Below are positions 25,700 to 35,370 of a stretch of DNA of 37,296 nucleotides, in pieces. The translations under genes and the position numbers were made by a program. This DNA is from a virus. Lineage: Duplodnaviria; Heunggongvirae; Uroviricota; Caudoviricetes. The notes under the pieces are model-generated. The model saw only the letters and a program-made list of their open reading frames with translations. It had not been told where the DNA came from and did not search any database. The DNA lies in IMG/VR virus record IMGVR_UViG_2711768063_000005, positions 1-37,296 of that record; one strand, 5' to 3'. Each line of letters opens with the position of its first letter. Position 1 is the first letter of the stretch.

Positions 25700-25900
25700 A
25701 TGATCCTGAAACAAGATCTGAAATGGTCACCGGACGGTATGCGTGTTGAGGTCATTCGGGCCGGTGAGTATGACGACGGGGCGCTTCCTGCCCGGGTGCA
25801 GGAGATTGCACTTCAGGCCGGGTTAGCAGAGCGCGGAACCAGTGCAAAAAGCAGTAAAGCGACAAAAGAGAAAAAAGCCACGACCAGTAAAGAGGGCTGA
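25700..25900 (+). CDS. Hypothetical small protein (66 aa) with Lys/Ser-rich tail
   Basis: GAAGGA RBS; between capsid and connector genes. Confidence 0.4.
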   Translation: MILKQDLKWSPDGMRVEVIRAGEYDDGALPARVQEIALQAGLAERGTSAKSSKATKEKKATTSKEG

Positions 25901-25902
25901 GT

Positions 25903-26226
25903 ATGCTTCTGACAATGGAAGAGATTAAAGCCCAACTCCGGCTGGATGAGGATTTCGATGCTGATGACCGCCATCTGCAACTGCTGGCCTGTGCGGCACA
26001 AAAGCGGACGGAAACGTATCTGAACCGGAAGCTCTATGCACCGGATGAAACCATTCCGGACAGCGATCCGGACGGGCTGCACCTGCCGGATGATATTCGT
26101 CTGGGGATGCTGATGCTTATCAGCCATTTTTACGAAAACCGCTCGTCGGTTACGGAAGTGGAGAAACTCGACATGCCGCAGAGTTTTGGCTGGCTTGTCG
26201 GCCCGTACAGGTACTTTCCGCAATGA
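25903..26226 (+). CDS. Head-tail connector protein (gp6-like)
   Basis: 107 aa, acidic N-terminus, position after capsid; RBS AGAGGG. Confidence 0.65.
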   Translation: MLLTMEEIKAQLRLDEDFDADDRHLQLLACAAQKRTETYLNRKLYAPDETIPDSDPDGLHLPDDIRLGMLMLISHFYENRSSVTEVEKLDMPQSFGWLVGPYRYFPQ

Positions 26227-26633
26227 AAATTCGTCAGGCGCAGACCAGCGCAACCTACATTCTGCCGGACCCCGGTGAACTGAATAAACGCGTCCTGATC
26301 CGCCAGCGGGTGGATATGCCCGCGGATAACTTTGGCGTGGAGCCTCAATACCCGGTTGCGTTCCGGGCATGGGCGAAGGTTATCCAGACCAGTGCCACCA
26401 CCTGGCAGGAAACCGCGCAGACCGGAGATGCCATCACCCATTACATCACCATTCGCTACCGCCGGGGGATCACTGCTGATTATGAGGTGGTCTGTGATGA
26501 CAGTGTGTACCGGGTGAAACGTCAGCGCGATCTGAACGGGGCGCGGCGCTTTCTGCTGCTGGAGTGTACGGAACTGGGCGAATTTACGCAGAGTCACGGA
26601 GGCAGCAATGGCGACTCCCTTTTTTCACGTTGA
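26223..26633 (+). CDS. Head closure / head-tail adaptor protein
   Basis: ATG overlaps the upstream stop (ATGA); size and position. Confidence 0.6.
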   Translation: MKIRQAQTSATYILPDPGELNKRVLIRQRVDMPADNFGVEPQYPVAFRAWAKVIQTSATTWQETAQTGDAITHYITIRYRRGITADYEVVCDDSVYRVKRQRDLNGARRFLLLECTELGEFTQSHGGSNGDSLFSR

Positions 26634-27114
26634 TGTTCAGCAGCCCGCGGAGATGCGCTTTAACCGCGCCCGTGTCCGGCGGGCGTTTGTCACGATTGGG
26701 CAGCGTCATATGCGTGATGCCCGTCGGCTGGTGATGCGCCGTGCGCGGTCGGCACCGGGTGAAAACCCCGGTTATCAGACCGGACGCCTGGCTCGTTCGA
26801 TTGGTTACATGGTGCCGAGAGCCAGTAAAAAGCGAGCCGGTTTTATGACACGCATTGCCCCTAACCAGCGCAACGGGAAGGGGAACCGGATGATCTCTGG
26901 TGACTTCTATCCGGCGTTTCTGTTTTTTGGTGTCCGGGGAGGAGCAAAACGTCGTCGTAGTCATCATCGTGGTGCATCCGGTGGCAGCGGCTGGCGGCTG
27001 GCTCCACGTAATAACTTTATGGTGGAAACTCTTGAAAAGAACCGCAGCTGGACACGCTATTTTCTGGCGCGGGAATTACGTAAATCACTGAAGCCGGAGC
27101 GACGACGCAGATGA
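26608..27114 (+). CDS. HK97 gp10-like tail component
   Basis: Basic protein; overlapping gene boundaries typical of the head-tail joining module. Confidence 0.6.
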   Translation: MATPFFHVDVQQPAEMRFNRARVRRAFVTIGQRHMRDARRLVMRRARSAPGENPGYQTGRLARSIGYMVPRASKKRAGFMTRIAPNQRNGKGNRMISGDFYPAFLFFGVRGGAKRRRSHHRGASGGSGWRLAPRNNFMVETLEKNRSWTRYFLARELRKSLKPERRRR

Positions 27115-27671
27115 AACTGACGCCTGTTATTGCTGCGCTGCGTGCCCGCTGCCCGTATTTTGAAAACCGGGTGGCAGGCGCGGCACAGTTCAAAAATCTG
27201 CCGGAGGTCGGAAAGCTGAGACTCCCGGCGGCGTATGTGGTACCGGGTGATGACTCTCCGGGAGAAAACAAAAGCCAGACCGACTACTGGCAGGAGCTGA
27301 AAGAGGGCTTCTCCGTGGTTGTCATACTGAGTAACGGGCGTGATGAGCGCGGTCAGTTTGCTTCGTATGATGTGGTGGACGATGTCCGGCAGATGCTCTT
27401 TAAGGCCCTGCTGGGCTGGAACCCGGAAGCGTGCGGTAACCCGATTACCTATGACGGCGGCACGCTGCTGGATCTGAATCGTCATGAGCTGATTTATCAG
27501 TTCGATTTTTCGGTCATCAGCGAGCTGACCGAAGACGATACCCGCCAGCAGGATGACCTGAACAGTCTGGATGAACTGCGAACGCTGGCGATTGATGTTG
27601 ATTATCTCGATCCCGGTAACGGGCCTGACGGCGATATCGAACATCACACCGAAATACCCCTTCCTTCCTGA
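27111..27671 (+). CDS. Tail completion / sheath-terminator-like protein (Mu gp37-like position)
   Basis: ATG overlaps the upstream stop; position immediately before the sheath module. Confidence 0.5.
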   Translation: MKLTPVIAALRARCPYFENRVAGAAQFKNLPEVGKLRLPAAYVVPGDDSPGENKSQTDYWQELKEGFSVVVILSNGRDERGQFASYDVVDDVRQMLFKALLGWNPEACGNPITYDGGTLLDLNRHELIYQFDFSVISELTEDDTRQQDDLNSLDELRTLAIDVDYLDPGNGPDGDIEHHTEIPLPS

Positions 27672-27679
27672 GGATCATC

Positions 27680-27850
27680 ATGTTCGTGAAACCTGTTAAA
27701 GGGCGGTCAGTGCCTGACCCTGCCCGCGGCGACCTTTTGCCCGCCGAAGGGCGAAATGTTGATGAGAACAACTACTGGCTGCGCCGTGAAGCAGCGGGTG
27801 ATATCCGGCGCGTGAATAAAAAGGTGAACACCGATGACGATAAGCTTTAA
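27680..27850 (+). CDS. Small protein (56 aa) preceding the sheath gene (Mu gp38/DUF2635-like position)
   Basis: GAGGA RBS 7 nt upstream of the ATG; below the track threshold; overlaps the sheath start. Confidence 0.45.
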   Translation: MFVKPVKGRSVPDPARGDLLPAEGRNVDENNYWLRREAAGDIRRVNKKVNTDDDKL

Positions 27851-29330
27851 CACCATTCCGTCGAATACGCTGGTTCCGCTGTTTTATGCGGAAATGGATA
27901 ACCAGGCTGCGAATACTGCACAGGACAGCGGAGCATCGCTGCTGATTGGTCATGCCAATAACGGTGCAGAGATTGTTGCCAACAGTCTGGTGCTGATGCC
28001 GTCGGCAGACTATGCACGCCAGATTTGTGGTGCGGGAAGTCAGCTGGCGCGTATGGTCGAGGCTTATCGCCAGACCGACCCGTTTGGTGAGCTGTATGTG
28101 ATTGCCGTTCCGGAAGCCACAGGCGCGGCGGCAACGGTTACGCTGACGGTGACCGGGGAAGCAACCGAAAGCGGCACGGTGAATGTCTATGTGGGACGTA
28201 CCCGCGTGCAGGCTTCGGTGACCAACGGCGATAACGTCACGACGATTGCCAGCAGTATCAAAGATGCCATCAATGCCGTTCCGACTCTGCCGTTTACAGC
28301 TTCATCTTCGGCTGGTGTTGTCACGCTGACCGCGCGTCATAAGGGGCTTTGCGGGAATGAAATTCCTGTCAGCCTCAATTACTACGGCTTCGGTGGGGGC
28401 GAAGTGCTGCCAGCGGGCGTACAGATTGCCGTGGCGACGGGGACCGCCGGAACGGGCGCTCCGGTTCTCACCGGCGCGGTGGCTGCAATGGCGGATGAGC
28501 CGTTTGATTATATCGGTCTGCCGTTCAACGACACGGCCTCCGTTAACACGCTGGTGACCGAAATGAACGATACCAGCGGTCGCTGGAGCTATGCGCGTCA
28601 GCTGTATGGTCATGTGTATACGGCAAAGACCGGCACACTGTCAGAACTGGTGAACGCAGGTGACCAGTTTAACCAGCAGCACATCACCCTGGCGGGGTAC
28701 GAAAAAGAGACCCAGACCCCTGCCGACGAGCTGGCGGCAAGCCGTACCGCCCGCGCAGCGGTGTTTATCCGCAACGATCCGGCACGTCCCACGCAGACCG
28801 GTGAGCTGGTGGGTATGCTGCCTGCGCCGAAGGGGAAACGGTTCACGATGACCGAGCAGCAGACCCTGCTGTCTCATGGCGTGGCAACGGCGTATGTCGA
28901 AAGCGGGGTGCTGCGCATTCAGCGTGATGTCACCACGTACAGGAAAAATGCTTACGGGGTTGCGGATAACAGCTACCTCGACAGCGAGACGCTGCATACC
29001 AGTGCGTATGTACTGCGCAAACTGAAATCCGTCATTACCAGTAAGTACGGGCGTCACAAGCTTGCCAGCGACGGTACCCGCTTTGGTCCCGCTCAGGCGA
29101 TTGTCACCCCGGCGGTAATCAAAGGGGAACTGCTGGCAACCTATCGTCAGCTTGAGCGTGCGGGGATCGTGGAAAACTACGAACTGTTTAAGCAGTACCT
29201 GGTTGTGGAGCGTGATGCCAGCGATCCGAACCGCCTGAACACGCTGTTCCCGCCTGACTATGTTAACCAGTTGCGTGTTTTTGCCGTGGTTAACCAGTTC
29301 CGTCTTCAGTATTCAGAGGAGTCTGCATAA
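27834..29330 (+). CDS. Contractile tail sheath protein (Mu gpL-type)
   Basis: 498 aa; AAGGTGA RBS; followed by tube, chaperones and tape measure. Confidence 0.9.
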   Translation: MTISFNTIPSNTLVPLFYAEMDNQAANTAQDSGASLLIGHANNGAEIVANSLVLMPSADYARQICGAGSQLARMVEAYRQTDPFGELYVIAVPEATGAAATVTLTVTGEATESGTVNVYVGRTRVQASVTNGDNVTTIASSIKDAINAVPTLPFTASSSAGVVTLTARHKGLCGNEIPVSLNYYGFGGGEVLPAGVQIAVATGTAGTGAPVLTGAVAAMADEPFDYIGLPFNDTASVNTLVTEMNDTSGRWSYARQLYGHVYTAKTGTLSELVNAGDQFNQQHITLAGYEKETQTPADELAASRTARAAVFIRNDPARPTQTGELVGMLPAPKGKRFTMTEQQTLLSHGVATAYVESGVLRIQRDVTTYRKNAYGVADNSYLDSETLHTSAYVLRKLKSVITSKYGRHKLASDGTRFGPAQAIVTPAVIKGELLATYRQLERAGIVENYELFKQYLVVERDASDPNRLNTLFPPDYVNQLRVFAVVNQFRLQYSEESA

Positions 29331-29686
29331 TGGCCCGTATCGGGGGAACCTGTTATTTCAAAATTGACGGTCAGCAGCTATCGCTGACCGGCGGCATTGA
29401 GGTGCCCATGAACAGGACGGTCAATGATGACATCATCGGCCTGGACGGTTCAGTGGACCGCAAGGAAACTCACCGTGCGCCTTATGTCAAAGGGACCTTC
29501 AAGGTGCCGAAGAATTTTCCGGTGAGCAAAATCACCTCGTCTGATGAGATGACAATCACTGCCGAGCTGGCGAACGGTCAGGTCTATGTATTGTCGTCCG
29601 CCTGGCTGCACGGAGAAGCGAACCATAATGCCGAAGAAGGCACGGTTGATCTTGAGTTCCACGGTGAAGAAGGGGATTACCAGTAA
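29330..29686 (+). CDS. Tail tube protein (Mu gpM-type)
   Basis: 118 aa; ATG overlaps the sheath stop (TAATG). Confidence 0.8.
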   Translation: MARIGGTCYFKIDGQQLSLTGGIEVPMNRTVNDDIIGLDGSVDRKETHRAPYVKGTFKVPKNFPVSKITSSDEMTITAELANGQVYVLSSAWLHGEANHNAEEGTVDLEFHGEEGDYQ

Positions 29687-29955
29687 TGAAAGAGCTTGAG
29701 TTAAAGAAACCGATTATCGCTCATGGTGAGACACTCTCCGTACTGGAGTTTGATGAACCCACCGGGAAGGATGTCCGCGAGCTGGGGTATCCCTACCAGA
29801 TGAATCAGGATGAGTCCGTCAGACTTCTGGCGCATGTGGTGTCGAAATACATTGTGCGGCTGGCGAAAGTGCCGCAAAGCTCTGTCGACCAGATGTCTCC
29901 GGCAGACCTGAATGCAGCGGCGTGGCTTGTGGCTGGTTTTTTCCTCCAGGCCTGA
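29686..29955 (+). CDS. Tail assembly chaperone (short form)
   Basis: 89 aa between tube and tape measure; contains a slippery heptamer near its 3' end. Confidence 0.6.
   Translation: MKELELKKPIIAHGETLSVLEFDEPTGKDVRELGYPYQMNQDESVRLLAHVVSKYIVRLAKVPQSSVDQMSPADLNAAAWLVAGFFLQA
29937..29943 (+). other. Candidate -1 programmed frameshift site T_TTT_TTC giving a C-terminally extended chaperone (through 30104)
   Basis: Heptamer in X_XXY_YYZ register of the chaperone frame; the -1 frame ORF (track 29922-30104) continues to a stop overlapping the tape-measure ATG. Confidence 0.45.
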
Positions 29956-30096
29956 CGGCTGAATACCTCACTGATCGCTTCTTTGACTGCGCCAGCTACT
30001 GGCGCATTAATCCCTTCGAATTGCTGAATATGCCGATCAGTGAAATTCCCTTGCTGGTCAGTCAGGCAAACAGGATAGAGCAGGAGAAACGCACAC

Positions 30097-31932
30097 ATGG
30101 CTGAATTTGAGCTTAAGGCGTTGATCACCGGTGTCGACAGGCTTTCTCCCGCGCTGTCGAAAATGCAAAAGAAAATCCGGGGATTTAAACGCCAGGCGGA
30201 AGAAGCGTCACAGGGTGGGCTGGCGCTTGGTGGCGGACTGGCAGCGGGTCTGACGCTTTCCCTGAAATCTTATGCTGATCAGGAAAACGCCGCCACCGGG
30301 CTGAAAGTCGCCATGATGGATGCGAACGGCGAGGTTGGAAAGAGCTTTCAGGACATCAATAAACTGGCTATTGGCCTGGGTAACCAGCTACCCGGTACAA
30401 CGGCTGATTTCCAGAACATGATGCAGATGCTGGTGCGTCAGGGGATCCCGGCAGAAAACATTCTTGGTGGTGTGGGTAAAGCGACAGCTTATCTTGCGGT
30501 ACAACTGAAAAAAACACCGGAAGCGGCTGCTGAGTTTGCCGCAAAGATGCAGGATGCTACCGGAACGGCCTCAGAAGACATGATGGGGCTGTTCGACACA
30601 ATTCAGAAGGCGTTTTATCTGGGCGTGGACGATACCAACATGCTGTCATTCTTCACTAAAACCAGTTCTGTTCTGAAGATGGTGAATAAGGACGGTCTTC
30701 AGGCTGCACAGAGTCTTGCCCCCATCAGTGTCATGATGGATCAGATGGGGATGAACGGGGAGTCGGCAGGTAATGCCCTGCGAAAAGTTATCCAGTCCGG
30801 ATTAAGCGTTAAGAAAATCAGGGACGTCAATAAAATCATGGCCCGCCAGAAACTCGGGGTACAGCTCGATTTTACTGATGGCAAAGGGAGTTTTGGCGGT
30901 CTTGATAACATGTTCAGGCAACTGGCAAAGCTGCGAAAACTGACCGACGTTAAGCGAACCGGTGTACTTAAGGCAATATTTGGTGATGATGCCGAAACCC
31001 TTCAGGTGGTCAATGCACTAATCGATAAAGGAAAGGATGGCTACGATCAGATCCAGCAGAAGATGAATAAACAGGCCAGCCTGAATAAACGTGTTCAGGC
31101 TCAGCTTGGTACGCTGTCCAACCTGTGGGAGGCAATGACGGGGACCGCAACTAACGGCCTTGCGGCTATTGGCGGCGCATTTTCTGGTGACGCTAAGAAC
31201 ATCACGCAGTGGCTGGGGGAGTTGGGGGAGAAATTCACGAAGTTTGCGGATGAAAATCCCCGGGTTATTCGCGGCGTCGTCGGGCTTGCTGCCGGTCTTG
31301 CGATTCTGAAACTGGGATTGATGGGCGTTGGCGGTGCCATCAGTATTGTCAGCAGGATCATGTCGATGACGCCGATTGGAATGATTGCGACGGCGATAGC
31401 CCTGGCTGCGGGATTAATTATCACTAACTGGGATGTTGTCGGACCTTATTTCAAGAAGCTCTGGGAAACCATTGGTCCTTATTTTGAGGCTGGCTGGGAA
31501 CTTCTGAAGAAGGTTTTTGCCTGGTCGCCGCTGGGGATGGTAATCAATAACTGGGGACCGGTTGTTAAGTGGTTTCAGGATATGTGGGACAAACTGAAGC
31601 CAATTATTGAGTGGTTTACCGACAGTTCCGGTGACACGGTCGATGCCATTAACTCTGCGCAGTGGGGCGCGGGTGCTTATGATGCTTATGGGACGGGAAT
31701 ACCGGCACGGGGATACACACCTTATCAGGCGGTAGATCCGGCTCAGTCAAACAACGCCTCCGGTGCCACAGGCCCGAACCCCTTCATGATTAACAAAGCT
31801 TCTGCGCCGAAAGTTGATGGTGAGATCAAGGTCTCTTTTGTGAATTCGCCTCCGGGTATGCGGGTTATGGAAACGCGATCCAGCGGTTTTGATGTCAGCC
31901 ATGATGTTGGCTATACGCGCTTTGGCAGGTAA
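30097..31932 (+). CDS. Tail tape measure protein
   Basis: 611 aa; coiled-coil-rich with a Gly/Ala-rich hydrophobic block (GVVGLAAGLAILKLGLMGVGGAISIV...); position after the chaperones. Confidence 0.85.
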   Translation: MAEFELKALITGVDRLSPALSKMQKKIRGFKRQAEEASQGGLALGGGLAAGLTLSLKSYADQENAATGLKVAMMDANGEVGKSFQDINKLAIGLGNQLPGTTADFQNMMQMLVRQGIPAENILGGVGKATAYLAVQLKKTPEAAAEFAAKMQDATGTASEDMMGLFDTIQKAFYLGVDDTNMLSFFTKTSSVLKMVNKDGLQAAQSLAPISVMMDQMGMNGESAGNALRKVIQSGLSVKKIRDVNKIMARQKLGVQLDFTDGKGSFGGLDNMFRQLAKLRKLTDVKRTGVLKAIFGDDAETLQVVNALIDKGKDGYDQIQQKMNKQASLNKRVQAQLGTLSNLWEAMTGTATNGLAAIGGAFSGDAKNITQWLGELGEKFTKFADENPRVIRGVVGLAAGLAILKLGLMGVGGAISIVSRIMSMTPIGMIATAIALAAGLIITNWDVVGPYFKKLWETIGPYFEAGWELLKKVFAWSPLGMVINNWGPVVKWFQDMWDKLKPIIEWFTDSSGDTVDAINSAQWGAGAYDAYGTGIPARGYTPYQAVDPAQSNNASGATGPNPFMINKASAPKVDGEIKVSFVNSPPGMRVMETRSSGFDVSHDVGYTRFGR

Positions 31933-31992
31933 TGAAAAATTAATCTGTTAATGAGTCCCACTCCGGTGGGATTTTTTATGTACGGAGTTTAT

Positions 31993-33321
31993 ATGACGTG
32001 GAAAGACAGACTTCAGGACGCGTCATTTCGCGGTGTGCCGTTTAAGGTTGAAGAAGAAAGTGCGGGAACCGGTCGTCGTGTGGAAACGCACGAATACCCG
32101 AACCGCGACAAACCCTATACCGAAGACCTGGGGAAAATCTCTTTCCGCCCGTCCATCACAGCTTATGTGGTGGGAGATGACTGCTTTGACCAGCGCGATC
32201 GCCTGATTGACGCGCTGAATAAACCCGGTCCCGGCACGCTTGTCCATCCGACTTACGGTGAGCTGAAAGTCTGTGTTGACGGGGAAGTTCGGGTCAGCAC
32301 ATCGAAGAGTGAAGGGCGTATTGTCCGCTTTGACCTGAAGTTTGTCGAAGCGGGAGAACTCTCTTACCCCACTTCAGGTGCGGCGACGGCGCAGACGCTG
32401 ATGTCATCCTGTTCTGCACTGGATGACTGCATCAGTGACAGCTTCAGTGGTTTCAGTATCGATGGCGTGGCAGATTTTGTGCAGAACGACGTCGTCGGTA
32501 ATGCCAGCACAATGCTTGGGTATGTTTCTGATGCGATGAAAGTGGTGGATTCTGCCGTATCGGATGCCGCCAGGCTGTTGCAGGGGGATATCTCGGTACT
32601 TCTGCCGCCACCATCGTCAGGCAAAAATTTCGTTGAGCAGGTGCAGAAAATGTGGCGTACCGGGAAACGCCTTTATGGTAACGCCAGCGACCTGGTCACC
32701 ATGATCAAAACGCTTTCCGGTGTCAGCCTCGGCAGCGATCTGCAACCGCGCGGCGTCTGGAAAACGGACAGTAAAACTACCGCCACGGCGACGCAGCAGC
32801 GTAACGTGGTTGCCAGCACCCTTCGTACGACCGCAATCAGCGAAGCGGCGTATGCCGTCACACGATTGCCTGCGCCCACAACTTCCGCGGTGATGCAGAA
32901 TGCCACAGTAGGGCAGTCAACAACACCCGCGCAGAGCACCGGCTGGCCTTCTGTCACGCATCCGGCACTGAACAATGCACCGGCGGTGAAAAACACGGTT
33001 GACCTGCCAACGTGGGAAGAACTGACCGACATTCGCGACACACTGAATACGGCAATTGATAAGGAGTTGTCCCGTACAACCAGTGATGCGCTGTTTCTGG
33101 CGCTGCGCCGGGTGAAAGCAGATCTGAATGCGGATATCAACACGCGCCTTGAACAGTCTGCACGGATCATTCAGCGCACGCCGGATGAGGTTTTACCCGC
33201 GCTGGTGCTGGCGGCGACCTGGTTTGATAACGCGGCGCGTGACGCGGACATTATCCGGCGTAATGCCATTACGCATCCCGGCTTTGTGCCGGTGATCCCT
33301 CTGAAGGTGCCAGTGCAATGA
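31993..33321 (+). CDS. DNA circulation protein (Mu gpN-like)
   Basis: Start at the ATG preceded by GGAG (MTWKDRLQDASFRGVPF...), the typical N-terminus of this family; the track ORF starts 42 nt upstream. Confidence 0.75.
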   Translation: MTWKDRLQDASFRGVPFKVEEESAGTGRRVETHEYPNRDKPYTEDLGKISFRPSITAYVVGDDCFDQRDRLIDALNKPGPGTLVHPTYGELKVCVDGEVRVSTSKSEGRIVRFDLKFVEAGELSYPTSGAATAQTLMSSCSALDDCISDSFSGFSIDGVADFVQNDVVGNASTMLGYVSDAMKVVDSAVSDAARLLQGDISVLLPPPSSGKNFVEQVQKMWRTGKRLYGNASDLVTMIKTLSGVSLGSDLQPRGVWKTDSKTTATATQQRNVVASTLRTTAISEAAYAVTRLPAPTTSAVMQNATVGQSTTPAQSTGWPSVTHPALNNAPAVKNTVDLPTWEELTDIRDTLNTAIDKELSRTTSDALFLALRRVKADLNADINTRLEQSARIIQRTPDEVLPALVLAATWFDNAARDADIIRRNAITHPGFVPVIPLKVPVQ

Positions 33322-34397
33322 ACGACAATGTCACGCTACGGGTAAATGGCCGGGAGTGGAATGGCTGGACATCGGTGCGCATCGGTGCCGGTATTGAACG
33401 GCTGGCGCGGGATTTCAGTGTGGAGATCACTCGCCAATGGCCGGGAGATGAGGGTATCACCACGCTTCAGCCGCGCATTAAAAACGGTTCAAAAGTGGAA
33501 GTGCTGATTGGTGATGAGCTGGTGATCACCGGCTGGGTGGAGGCGACTCCCGTTCGTTACGATGCCCGTTCGGTCAGCACCGGTATTGCCGGACGTAGTC
33601 TGACGGCTGACCTGATTGACTGTGCAGCCGAACCGACACAGTTTAACGGACGCTCGCTGGTGCAGATTGCGCAGGCGCTTGCTGCGCCTTTCGGCATTGA
33701 GGTGGTGAACAGCGGTGCGCCGTCGGGTGTTATTCCTGATGTTCAGCCTGATCACGGTGAAACGGTGATTGAGGTAATCAACAAAATACTCGGTCAGCAG
33801 CAGGCGCTGGCTTACGACGACCCGCACGGCAGGCTGGTGATTGGCGGTATTGGCTCAACGCGGGCACATACCGCGCTGGTACTTGGGGAAAACATCCTTT
33901 CCTGTGATACGGAGAAGAGTATCCGGGAGCGGTTTTCTGTTTACCAGGTGGCGGGGCAGCGTGCCGGAAACGACGATGATTTCGGTGAGGCCACCACCAC
34001 CGCGCTGCGGGCCCGCACAGAGGACGCATTTATTGCCCGTTACCGTCCGATGTATATCAGGCAGACAGGGCAGGCCACGGGGGCAGGCTGTATTGCGCGT
34101 GCTGACTTTGAAGCCCGAAAACGAGCGGCGCGGACGGATGAAACCACCTATGTGGTGCAGGGCTGGCGACAGGGTAACGGTACGCTGTGGCAGCCCAACC
34201 AGCGGGTGATTGTCTTCGATCCGGTCTGTGGTTTCGACAATACCGAACTGCTTGTCTCGGAAGTCACGTTTACTCAGGACCAGAACGGCACCCTGACGGA
34301 AATCCGTGTCGGCCCGCCTGATGCTTATCTGCCTGAACCCGAAGCCCCCGGCGCGCGGAAAAAGAAAAAAGCCAGAGTACAGGAGGACCCGTTCTGA
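33318..34397 (+). CDS. Baseplate hub protein (Mu gpP / P2 gpD-like)
   Basis: 359 aa; ATG overlaps the upstream stop; position in the Mu-type baseplate module. Confidence 0.7.
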   Translation: MNDNVTLRVNGREWNGWTSVRIGAGIERLARDFSVEITRQWPGDEGITTLQPRIKNGSKVEVLIGDELVITGWVEATPVRYDARSVSTGIAGRSLTADLIDCAAEPTQFNGRSLVQIAQALAAPFGIEVVNSGAPSGVIPDVQPDHGETVIEVINKILGQQQALAYDDPHGRLVIGGIGSTRAHTALVLGENILSCDTEKSIRERFSVYQVAGQRAGNDDDFGEATTTALRARTEDAFIARYRPMYIRQTGQATGAGCIARADFEARKRAARTDETTYVVQGWRQGNGTLWQPNQRVIVFDPVCGFDNTELLVSEVTFTQDQNGTLTEIRVGPPDAYLPEPEAPGARKKKKARVQEDPF

Positions 34398-34945
34398 TGA
34401 GGACGATTGAAGCCATGCAGCGACAACTTCTCGGCCTGATTGGGCGGGCAGTGGTGAAAAGCATCAGTGCCGCCACGAAATGTCAGACCGTGGATGTGTC
34501 CCTGATTGCCGGTGAACCCAAAGCCGGGGTTGAACATCTTGAACCCTACGGTTTTACCGCAAGGGCAAACAGCGGTGCGGAAGCGGTGGTGTTGTTTCCG
34601 GATGGCGACCGTTCTCATGCGGTGGTTGTTACGGTGTCGGACCGGCGCTACCGCCTGAAAGGGCTGCAAACGGGTGAGGTGGCTGTCTATGACGATCAGG
34701 GGCAGTCTGTGACGCTGACCCGGGAGGGGATCGTGGTGGACGGTGCAGGGAAAACGATCACGTTTCGCAATGCACCTGAAGCACGTTTTGAAATGGATCT
34801 GGAAGTGACCGGACAGGTGAAAGACCTGTGCGACTCCGGCGGCACCACCATGTCAGCGATGCGGCTTGCCTATAACGGGCATCGTCACAGAGAGAACGGT
34901 CAGGGCAGTAACACCGACAAACCTGATAAAGCGATGGAGGCATGA
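34397..34945 (+). CDS. Baseplate assembly protein V / central spike (Mu gp45-like)
   Basis: 182 aa; gpV-like core ...HLEPYGFTARANSGAEAVVLFPDGDRSHAVVV...; ATG overlaps the upstream stop. Confidence 0.8.
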   Translation: MRTIEAMQRQLLGLIGRAVVKSISAATKCQTVDVSLIAGEPKAGVEHLEPYGFTARANSGAEAVVLFPDGDRSHAVVVTVSDRRYRLKGLQTGEVAVYDDQGQSVTLTREGIVVDGAGKTITFRNAPEARFEMDLEVTGQVKDLCDSGGTTMSAMRLAYNGHRHRENGQGSNTDKPDKAMEA

Positions 34946-35370
34946 TGGAACTGTGGCTGACGGTGAACGGTAAACGCACCTGCGCCAGCGCACCGCTGGA
35001 TCCGCTGACCCGCGCCGTGGTGATTTCCCTGTTTACCTGGCGGCGGGCGGAGCCTGATGACAACGCCGACGTCCCGATGGGATGGTGGGGGGATACCTGG
35101 CCTGCGGTACAGAATGACCGTTACGGCTCCCGACTGTGGCTGCTTCAGCGCAGCAAACTGACCAATCAGCTGGTGCAGACGGTAAGGGGTTATATCCGCG
35201 AATGCCTGCAATGGATGATTGATGACGGCGTGGTGTCCCGTATTGATCTGGATATCCGTCGCACCGGGATTAATGAACTGGGTAACAGTATCACTCTCTG
35301 GCGTCGTGACGGACCGGTAATGATTTCTTTTGATGATCTGTGGAGTGCGATAACGCATGGCGGACAGTGA
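34942..35370 (+). CDS. Baseplate protein (Mu gp46 family)
   Basis: 142 aa; overlapping boundaries; position. Confidence 0.6.
   Translation: MMELWLTVNGKRTCASAPLDPLTRAVVISLFTWRRAEPDDNADVPMGWWGDTWPAVQNDRYGSRLWLLQRSKLTNQLVQTVRGYIRECLQWMIDDGVVSRIDLDIRRTGINELGNSITLWRRDGPVMISFDDLWSAITHGGQ

Noticed and set aside
29922-30104. 60-aa ORF listed as a separate gene between chaperone and tape measure
   Set aside because: It is the -1 frame continuation of the tail chaperone after the T_TTT_TTC slippery site, not an independently initiated gene.
33489-34209. Alternative-frame and antisense ORFs within the baseplate hub gene (33489-33827 minus, 33778-34029 minus, 33841-34209 plus)
   Set aside because: Arg/Pro-rich translations typical of wrong-frame reading of GC-rich coding DNA; fully embedded in the baseplate hub gene.
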